Below, piece by piece: positions 1 through 6,699 of a DNA stretch of 64,000 bases (its first letter is position 1; each line of letters starts with the position of its first letter). The DNA lies in contig CASDPA010000009.1 in the NCBI GenBank assembly GCA_949282255.1, forward strand, positions 4,646 to 68,645, given 5' to 3'. Origin of the DNA: an uncultured Spirochaetales bacterium (GTDB lineage Bacteria; Spirochaetota; Spirochaetia; Sphaerochaetales; Sphaerochaetaceae). The position numbers and the translations under genes were made by a program. Below the pieces are notes generated by a model. The model was not told the origin of the DNA, searched no databases, and was given only the letters and a program-made list of their open reading frames with translations.

Positions 1-198
1 AATGGCTTAGGGATTTCATTCATGTATGAGCCTGTAGCAGAAGAAGGCTGCAAGAATGGACTATTAGAGATCATTGATGTAAAAGATTTCAATATCAAAC
101 ATGATTTTTCATTCATTTGGAATAAAAACAGCATTTTTGAAAAAAGGAACCGGGAAATATATGAGATGATGAAATTCTATTCTCATCTGGGATTATGA
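1..198 (+). CDS. LysR-type transcriptional regulator, C-terminal fragment (5' end outside window)
   Basis: Frame 1 is open from the window edge to TGA 196-198. It reads NGLGISFMYEPVAEEGCKNGLLEIIDVKDFNIKHDFSFIWNKNSIFEKRNREIYEMM..., which resembles the C-terminal end of LysR effector-binding domains. It is truncated, so it is absent from the ORF track. It overlaps the convergent gene by 16 nt. Confidence 0.45.
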   Translation, partial: NGLGISFMYEPVAEEGCKNGLLEIIDVKDFNIKHDFSFIWNKNSIFEKRNREIYEMMKFYSHLGL

Positions 199-959
199 CC
201 AGGATAAAGCTCTTCGGCGCTCCTGCTTTGCCAGTAGTCCAAGCTATCCATATCAATGATTGTCAGCCGTCCTCCGTAACCGGTTTTGGTATCGACATTT
301 ACCAAATCATATTTACTGTTTATGAAAGGAATTCCTTCAAGAACAGGGGTATGTCCCACAAAAAATCTTATCCTTGGCTCGAAAGGCTGCATAAGAGGTT
401 TCATACCATGCATATGATCAAGCGCCGAATAATAATAATCCCGTGCCCATACCGCTGATATTTCTGCAACCCTCTTATAGTCCGATACCTCTGAAGCTGT
501 TCTTTCATAGAGGTTCCTTTTCATTTTTGAAAGTAGAATAAGACTGTCGTAGGTTGTGGATACTGATGGACCGGCATGCATCAGGCAAAAAGAGTTTTCT
601 ATTCTGACATACGGCCATGTTGCAAGATATTCGGCATAATCGCAGAATCCGTCGCGTGTCAAACCCGATTTTTTAAATGATGCGACGCTGTGGTTCCCTC
701 CCTGTTCAAGCCATGCCGGATAAGAAATTCCGTATGCCAGATAATTTTGCAGCCATATGTCATGATTGCCTATTACCGGATGAAAATTTTTCAGTTGCCG
801 GAAAAAACGCAGGCACTCGAACACGTCTGGATACCCGTCTGCAACATCGCCTGTAAAATAAAGATGATCCTTTCCGAATTCAAACCTGCATGTTTCCAGA
901 ACATCCATAAGACATCTGTATGCACCGTGCAGGTCCCCGATCAAAAGACGTCTGGGCAT
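183..959 (-). CDS. calcineurin-like metallophosphoesterase (PrpA/ApaH-type phosphatase)
   Basis: 258-aa ORF with ordered metallophosphoesterase motifs: GDLHG, GDVADGYPD, GNHD and a later VGHTP. Confidence 0.85.
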   Translation of the reverse strand: MPRRLLIGDLHGAYRCLMDVLETCRFEFGKDHLYFTGDVADGYPDVFECLRFFRQLKNFHPVIGNHDIWLQNYLAYGISYPAWLEQGGNHSVASFKKSGLTRDGFCDYAEYLATWPYVRIENSFCLMHAGPSVSTTYDSLILLSKMKRNLYERTASEVSDYKRVAEISAVWARDYYYSALDHMHGMKPLMQPFEPRIRFFVGHTPVLEGIPFINSKYDLVNVDTKTGYGGRLTIIDMDSLDYWQSRSAEELYPGHNPR

Positions 960-1080
960 GGGAATAAGGATAGCCTATTAAAAACCATATTGCAAAGGGA
1001 AGAAAAATGATTTGGTTGTGTTGTGATTCCATACGTGCGATAATTGTTGAAGTTTTTTAAATCACAGCAAGGAGGCTGAT

Positions 1081-2469
1081 GTGTCAAACCAGAAGCAAAG
1101 GGAGTCTCTATCTTCCAGACTTGGATTCATTCTTCTTTCCGCCGGCTGCGCCATCGGGCTTGGAAATGTATGGAGGTTCCCTTATATAACAGGAAAATAT
1201 GGAGGGGCCGTATTCGTACTGATTTATCTAATGTTTCTTGTGCTATTGGGCCTACCTGTCATGGTCATGGAATTTTCTATCGGAAGAGCAGGCAGAAAAA
1301 ATATTGCAGGGGCATTGAAAACGCTTGAGCCGGAAAGCAGCAGATGGCATTGCTATGGTTATGTGGCGGTTGCCGGCAATTATCTGTTGATGATGTTTTA
1401 CACTGTCATCACCGGCTGGCTGCTTTATTATTTCATTTCCTCTTTTACCGGTGCATTCACCAATCTTGACAGCAATGCTGTTTCAGCGTTTTTTTCTTCT
1501 GTCCAGGCTCAGCCGACATTGCAGATCGGGTTTGCCTGGCTTGCAATTCTTCTTGGCTTCATGATATGTGGAATAGGTTTGCAGAAAGGGGTGGAGAAGG
1601 TCACCAAGATAATGATGATCCTGCTTCTTGTGATCATGTTTGCTCTTGCCGTAAATTCAATACTGATTCCTGGTTCATCAAAGGGGCTGAGCTTTTATCT
1701 TCTGCCAGATTTTTCCAAGGTTCTTGAATATGGGATAGGAGAGGTTGTATTCAATGCGATGAGCCAGGCATTCTTTACTCTTAGCATCGGAATGGGAGGA
1801 ATGGCCATATTCGGCTCATATATAGATAAGAAACAGTCCCTTACCGGAGAGTCTGTAAGGGTGATCGCATTGGACACGTTTGTTGCAATAATGAGCGGGC
1901 TAATAATCTTTCCGGCATGTTTTTCCTATGGCGTCAATCCTGATTCGGGGCCTGGACTTCTGTTTGTGACTCTTCCGAACATTTTCAATAAGATGCCTCT
2001 TGGGGTTTTGTGGGGCAGCCTGTTCTTCCTTTTCATGAGTTTTGCGGCGATGACCACGCTTGTTGCAGTGTTTGAAAACATCATTTCATATTGGATGGAT
2101 GAAAAGCATTGGACAAGGAGAAAGGCCACATGGGTAAACTGTATTGCCATAATGATCCTCTGCCTTCCGTGTGTTTTCGGTTTCAACATCCTTTCTGGCT
2201 TTGCCCCGCTGGGGCAGGGTACTTCGGTGTTGGATCTTGAGGATTTTCTGATATCAAGCACGATAATGCCTTTGGGGTCGCTTCTTCTTGTGGTTTTCTG
2301 CAGCAGCAAAAAAGGGTGGGGATGGAATAAGTTTTTGAATGAAGCAGATGAGGGTGATGGTCTGAAGTTTCCTTCTTGGGCAAGGTTTTATGTAAAATGG
2401 ATACTCCCTGTGATAATTCTTGTTGTGTTTGCAAAAGGTTATTATGATACATTCTCTAAACTGTTTTAA
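1081..2469 (+). CDS. sodium-dependent transporter, NSS/SNF family
   Basis: 462-aa polytopic ORF with a GTG start just after AGGAGG. It has the NSS signature GLGNVWRFPY near the N-terminus and about 11-12 hydrophobic helices. Confidence 0.9.
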   Translation: MSNQKQRESLSSRLGFILLSAGCAIGLGNVWRFPYITGKYGGAVFVLIYLMFLVLLGLPVMVMEFSIGRAGRKNIAGALKTLEPESSRWHCYGYVAVAGNYLLMMFYTVITGWLLYYFISSFTGAFTNLDSNAVSAFFSSVQAQPTLQIGFAWLAILLGFMICGIGLQKGVEKVTKIMMILLLVIMFALAVNSILIPGSSKGLSFYLLPDFSKVLEYGIGEVVFNAMSQAFFTLSIGMGGMAIFGSYIDKKQSLTGESVRVIALDTFVAIMSGLIIFPACFSYGVNPDSGPGLLFVTLPNIFNKMPLGVLWGSLFFLFMSFAAMTTLVAVFENIISYWMDEKHWTRRKATWVNCIAIMILCLPCVFGFNILSGFAPLGQGTSVLDLEDFLISSTIMPLGSLLLVVFCSSKKGWGWNKFLNEADEGDGLKFPSWARFYVKWILPVIILVVFAKGYYDTFSKLF

Positions 2470-2511
2470 AAAAGAATTATGCAAATTTATGTATATTTAT
2501 GCATAAAAATA

Positions 2512-2540
2512 TTGACTAATATTGGATAAATTTGCATTAT
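2512..2540 (+). promoter_or_regulatory. candidate sigma70-type promoter for the binding-protein gene
   Basis: TTGACT (2512-2517), 17-nt spacer, CATTAT (2535-2540), about 30 nt upstream of the ATG at 2572. ATGCAAAT / ATTTGCAT inverted repeats flank it. Pattern match only. Confidence 0.3.
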
Positions 2541-2571
2541 GGCAATATCTTTTTAGTTTGGGGGAGAGAAA

Positions 2572-3330
2572 ATGAAAAAAATTATCACCATATTGCTTGT
2601 TCTTGTTGCAGCATTTTCTATTTTTGCAGGAGGCGCACAGGAAGAGGTGGCAAAAAAATACGTTTTCGCGCAGGACTGCACATGGCCTCCACTTGAATAT
2701 GTGGACGAAAGTGGAAAAATCGTAGGATTTGAGGTTGATATCATAAGCGAAATGAGCAAACTTACCGGCATTGAGATGGAATCGAGGAATACCGGTTGGG
2801 ATGGCATATTCGCCGGCCTTGTCAACGGCTCTTATGATGCTGTGGCCTCCGGTGTCACCATAACGGAAGAAAGGAAGATGACTCTTGATTTTACCGATCC
2901 GATTCTTGAGGTCGTGCAGTCAATAATCGTCAGGGCAGGGGATGAGGACAAGGTCAATTCCTTTGAAACCCTTTCCGGCAGCAAGGTAGGTGTGCAGATC
3001 GGTACTACTGGTCATTTTGTTGCGGAAACCGCTCCTGGAATCATCCTTTCTGTATATGATGAAATCCCCCTTGCGGTGGAAGACCTTTTGAACGGCAATG
3101 TGGATGCGGTCGTCTGTGATTCTCTTATCGCCGCCGATTTCGTGCTTGCAAACGAGAATTATGCCGGCAAGCTCTCTATAAGCGGGAATGCCTCAGACGA
3201 GGTTGAACAGATTGCAATGTGCGTCAAGAAAGGTAACACAGAACTTCTGGAAATCATAAATTCTTCTTTAAAAACTCTGGAAGAAAATGGAACTATTGAT
3301 GCTCTGAAAGAAAAATATAATATCATCTGA
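2572..3330 (+). CDS. amino-acid ABC transporter substrate-binding protein (PBP type 3), orphan
   Basis: 252-aa ORF with RBS GGGGGAGAG. It has a signal peptide ending SIFAGG and family-3 solute-binding features (GFEVDI, WDGIFAGLVNGSYDAV, ITEER). No cognate permease or ATPase lies adjacent. Confidence 0.85.
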   Translation: MKKIITILLVLVAAFSIFAGGAQEEVAKKYVFAQDCTWPPLEYVDESGKIVGFEVDIISEMSKLTGIEMESRNTGWDGIFAGLVNGSYDAVASGVTITEERKMTLDFTDPILEVVQSIIVRAGDEDKVNSFETLSGSKVGVQIGTTGHFVAETAPGIILSVYDEIPLAVEDLLNGNVDAVVCDSLIAADFVLANENYAGKLSISGNASDEVEQIAMCVKKGNTELLEIINSSLKTLEENGTIDALKEKYNII

Positions 3331-3349
3331 TTTTTTGGTCATGAGGCGT

Positions 3350-3377
3350 ATGGCTGCTGTTCGGCAGCCATTTTTTT
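3350..3377 (+). terminator. Rho-independent terminator
   Basis: 8-bp stem ATGGCTGC / GCAGCCAT with a 6-nt loop, followed by T7 (3371-3377). It lies 20 nt after the stop at 3330. Confidence 0.8.
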
Positions 3378-3414
3378 GCACAATGCCTTTTCTTCTTGGG
3401 TATAATATAAAAAT

Positions 3415-4218
3415 ATGGAAAGAAAAGCGAAATTTGCCGGCTTTTGGTATCCTTCGGATATAAAGGATCTGGATGCCATAATCAATCTTGAATCCAACAA
3501 AGATGGTGCAGGGCTCAGGTATGCGGTTTTACCCCATGCCGGGCTTTATTACAGCGGAAGCCTGATCAATGAGTTTTTTTCACGTTTGGATAAAGATGTG
3601 GACCATGTTCTTATTCTTTCTCCTTCTCATTACCATTATCTTACGCCGGGGGTTTTCACCACCTCTTTATTCACATTTTCTGCCACTCCATATGGAAGCG
3701 TAGAAACCAAGCCTTTTGATTTAAAGCCAAATGAGATTAATGATCGGGCCATCAATGATGAGCATGCTGTGGAGATGTTTCTTCCTTTTATAAAAAAACA
3801 TGGCGGCCTTAGTGTTTCTTATGCTCTCATCAGCCATGTCAGAGATTTTGGCGAGATAGATTTTTTGGCAGCAAGGCTTTTTGAATATCTTGATGACAGG
3901 ACAGCAGTAGTAGCTTCAAGCGATTTCACGCATTATGGAAAGCGTTTTTCTTATGAGCCTTATGGCCCATATGCCGTCGGCAAGGTCGTGGAGCAAGACC
4001 TTATATGTGCAGGTCTTCTGGCACAAGGCAGGAGTGAAGAAGCATTTTCCCGTTATCATGAATCAACCATCTGCGGGCTTGTTCCGGCCCTCATTCTTTC
4101 CCGTTTTGCAAGTTTGAAAAAAACTGTTGGTATTGTGGGGCCTCACTGCACAAGCTTGGACAAAGGTGGTAAAGAGGATGATTTTGTATCATATTGCGAT
4201 GTTTTTTGGAGGAAATAA
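3415..4218 (+). CDS. amrB: AmmeMemoRadiSam system protein B (MEMO1 family)
   Basis: 267-aa ORF with MEMO-like motifs (FAGFWYP, LPHAGLYYSG, ILSPSHY, DEHAVEM). It sits directly upstream of the AMMECR1-like and radical SAM partners. Confidence 0.85.
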   Translation: MERKAKFAGFWYPSDIKDLDAIINLESNKDGAGLRYAVLPHAGLYYSGSLINEFFSRLDKDVDHVLILSPSHYHYLTPGVFTTSLFTFSATPYGSVETKPFDLKPNEINDRAINDEHAVEMFLPFIKKHGGLSVSYALISHVRDFGEIDFLAARLFEYLDDRTAVVASSDFTHYGKRFSYEPYGPYAVGKVVEQDLICAGLLAQGRSEEAFSRYHESTICGLVPALILSRFASLKKTVGIVGPHCTSLDKGGKEDDFVSYCDVFWRK

Positions 4219-4220
4219 GC

Positions 4221-4742
4221 ATGGATAGGGATTTACAGGTTGAGCTTCTTGCATTGGCAAGAAAATCAATTGAAAGCTATTTTGATGGAACAGAATTGCT
4301 TTTGCCCGATACCGATCTCTGGCGCGGAGCTTTTGTCACATTGAGAAAGAATGGGGATCTCAGAGGCTGTATCGGTTATCTTGAGCCTGTTGCCCCTCTT
4401 TACAGGCAGATATTCATGCTTGCAAGGGATGCAGCTTTCAATGACATCCGTTTCAATCCCCTGACAAAGGATGAGCTGACATCCTGTAAGATAGAAATCT
4501 CTATACTGACACCTCCTGTTTTTATTCTGAGTCTAGAAGATTTCATTTTGTCAAAGCATGGGATTGTGATGGAAAAAGGAGGAAGGCGGGCAATCTTTCT
4601 TCCTCAGGTTGCTGAGGAGACCGGATGGTCCAAAAGCGAGCTGCTTTCAGCTTTGAGCAGGAAAGCCGGCCTTTTCAGCGATGCTTGGAAAGCTCCTGAT
4701 GCCTCATTTAAGGTATTTGAAGTGGAGTCTTTTGAAGAATGA
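4221..4742 (+). CDS. amrA: AmmeMemoRadiSam system protein A (AMMECR1 domain)
   Basis: AMMECR1 signature GAFVTLRKNGDLRGCIGY. I place the start at ATG 4221 (MDRDLQ...), 3 nt after the amrB stop, rather than at the overlapping ATG 4194. Confidence 0.85.
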   Translation: MDRDLQVELLALARKSIESYFDGTELLLPDTDLWRGAFVTLRKNGDLRGCIGYLEPVAPLYRQIFMLARDAAFNDIRFNPLTKDELTSCKIEISILTPPVFILSLEDFILSKHGIVMEKGGRRAIFLPQVAEETGWSKSELLSALSRKAGLFSDAWKAPDASFKVFEVESFEE

Positions 4743-5653
4743 GATGCGATTTCTGCTATAGGCTGTGCGAAATTCCGGAAGGAGGGATGGGGTTCTGTAA
4801 AAGCCGTATCAATGATTGCGGTACTATTAAGGACCGATGCTATGGAGGGCTGGTCTCCATTGCTGCAGATCCTGTCGAAAAAAAGCCGCTTTACCACTTC
4901 TTGCCAGGATCCTTTACTCTTTCCATAGCCATGCCGGGGTGCAATTTCACTTGTGATTTTTGTCAGAATTATGAGATATCCCAACGCTATTTCATGAAAG
5001 ATGCGGTCGATCCAGATTCCATAGTAGGCTATGCCTCTGCTTATAACTGTCCCTCTATAAGCTACACTTATTCTGAACCTATTGTATGGCAGGATTATAT
5101 GCTTGATGTTGCAAAGCTTGCACGCAAGCGGAATATAAAGAACATAATGGTTACCAATGGCAGCTTTTCCGAGACCTCCATGGAAAGGATCCTGCCGTAT
5201 ATCGATGCATATAATGTGGATCTGAAAGGCGATGAGGAATTTTATAGATGTATTTGCCATTCTTCCTTTTCATCTGTCCTTTCTTCGATAAGGAGAATTT
5301 CGGAATATGGGGCGCATCTGGAAGTTACGACCATGGTGATAGAAGGCATCCATGATGAATCCATGATACGTTATTTGGGCAGCTGCCTATCATCATGCAA
5401 TGTCAAGGTATGGCATCTGTCAAGGTTTTTCCCAATGTATTTGATGAGCGATAGGAGACCGACAAGCGAGAGCTTCTTGAAAAGGATGCTTAAAATTGCC
5501 TTTGAATCCGCAGTCCCTTATGTATACCCTGGAAACAGCGGCCTAGATTCTTTTGTAAGATGTCCCCGCTGCTCCTGCCGCATTGAAAAGCCAAAAGCAG
5601 ACGGGCTATGCCCTTCCTGCGGGGAGAAACTTTACGGAGTGTATCAGATCTAG
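4739..5653 (+). CDS. amrS: AmmeMemoRadiSam system radical SAM enzyme
   Basis: 304-aa ORF with the radical SAM cluster motif CNFTCDFC (CxxxCxxC). It also has an N-terminal Cys cluster (CDFCYRLC...C) and a C-terminal CPRCSC...CPSC ribbon. Its ATG overlaps the amrA stop (ATGA at 4739-4742). Confidence 0.85.
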   Translation: MRCDFCYRLCEIPEGGMGFCKSRINDCGTIKDRCYGGLVSIAADPVEKKPLYHFLPGSFTLSIAMPGCNFTCDFCQNYEISQRYFMKDAVDPDSIVGYASAYNCPSISYTYSEPIVWQDYMLDVAKLARKRNIKNIMVTNGSFSETSMERILPYIDAYNVDLKGDEEFYRCICHSSFSSVLSSIRRISEYGAHLEVTTMVIEGIHDESMIRYLGSCLSSCNVKVWHLSRFFPMYLMSDRRPTSESFLKRMLKIAFESAVPYVYPGNSGLDSFVRCPRCSCRIEKPKADGLCPSCGEKLYGVYQI

Positions 5654-5714
5654 CCCCTTTCAAGAAAATGCTGATTGTTGTATCCTCTTTCAGGATTCTT
5701 ATCGGGAGGACGAT

Positions 5715-6614
5715 GTGGATACGGATAAAAAGCTTCTAAAAGGACATCTTGCGGCAATTTCCACCGTGTTTTTATGGGGTACGACATTCATTTCCACAAA
5801 GGTTCTTCTTAAAGACTTTTCTCCCGCAGCAATCCTTGTCATCCGGTTCATGATAGGTTATCTGGCTCTTTTGGCTTTCAACCATAGGATAATTCCATTG
5901 CAATCCTTAAAAAGGGAGATCGTGTTTGCCTCTGCTGGACTTACCGGAGTGTGCCTTTATTATCTTTTGGAGAATATTGCACTGACCTATACCCAGGCGG
6001 CAAACGTGTCAGTTGTGGTATCGTCCGCACCTCTTTTCACCTTTCTTCTTTCTTATTTCCTTTCAAAAGGCAGAGAGAAGGTCGGACCGTCATTCATTAT
6101 TGGTTTCATCCTTGCTCTTTCAGGTATCGCTTTAATAAGTTTTGCAGGTTCATCGTTTCAGCTGAATCCATTTGGAGATTTTCTTTCCTTGGTTGCTGCA
6201 GCTGTGTGGGCCTTCTATGCCGTATTGACAAAAAAGATTGCCTCATTTGGATTTGATGTTATTCAAACAACCAGACGAGTTTTCTTTTATGGAATCATTT
6301 TTATAATTCCATCTTCATTATTCTTGGGATTTGAAGCAAGTTTATCCTCCTTTTTAGACCCTGTTAATCTCTTGAATTTCCTGTATCTTGGGATCGGTGC
6401 GTCCGCGGCGTGTTTTGCAATTTGGAATTATTCTGTTGCGATTCTTGGACCGGTCAAAACAAGCGTTTACATTTATGCCATCCCTTTGGTCACCGTGGTT
6501 TTTTCGGTGCTTTTGCTTGATGAGAAGATCAATCTGTTATCCGCATCCGGTATGTTTCTTGCGCTCTTGGGATTGTTTTTATCCAATGGTGGTGGCCCAG
6601 AAGAAAAAACATGA
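5715..6614 (+). CDS. DMT superfamily (EamA-type) transporter
   Basis: Ten-helix hydrophobic ORF with two EamA-like halves. The track ORF begins at 5583 inside amrS. I prefer GTG 5715, which lies 4 nt after GGGAGGA. Confidence 0.8.
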   Translation: MDTDKKLLKGHLAAISTVFLWGTTFISTKVLLKDFSPAAILVIRFMIGYLALLAFNHRIIPLQSLKREIVFASAGLTGVCLYYLLENIALTYTQAANVSVVVSSAPLFTFLLSYFLSKGREKVGPSFIIGFILALSGIALISFAGSSFQLNPFGDFLSLVAAAVWAFYAVLTKKIASFGFDVIQTTRRVFFYGIIFIIPSSLFLGFEASLSSFLDPVNLLNFLYLGIGASAACFAIWNYSVAILGPVKTSVYIYAIPLVTVVFSVLLLDEKINLLSASGMFLALLGLFLSNGGGPEEKT

Positions 6615-6699
6615 ACAGGCTTTTTTGCCTCTTCATGCATCTTTAATTAGCAATGCAATACCTGTATACTGAATAAAATTCAAGAAAAGAGGGATTGCA

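Noticed and set aside
4739-5653. The radical SAM gene (and the ferredoxin-like gene at 56236-56883) as the missing anaerobic sulfatase maturase.
   Set aside because: The radical SAM gene is embedded in the AmmeMemoRadiSam triad about 49 kb away, and it lacks the SPASM-type twin auxiliary cluster layout. The ferredoxin-like protein has no CxxxCxxC radical SAM motif.
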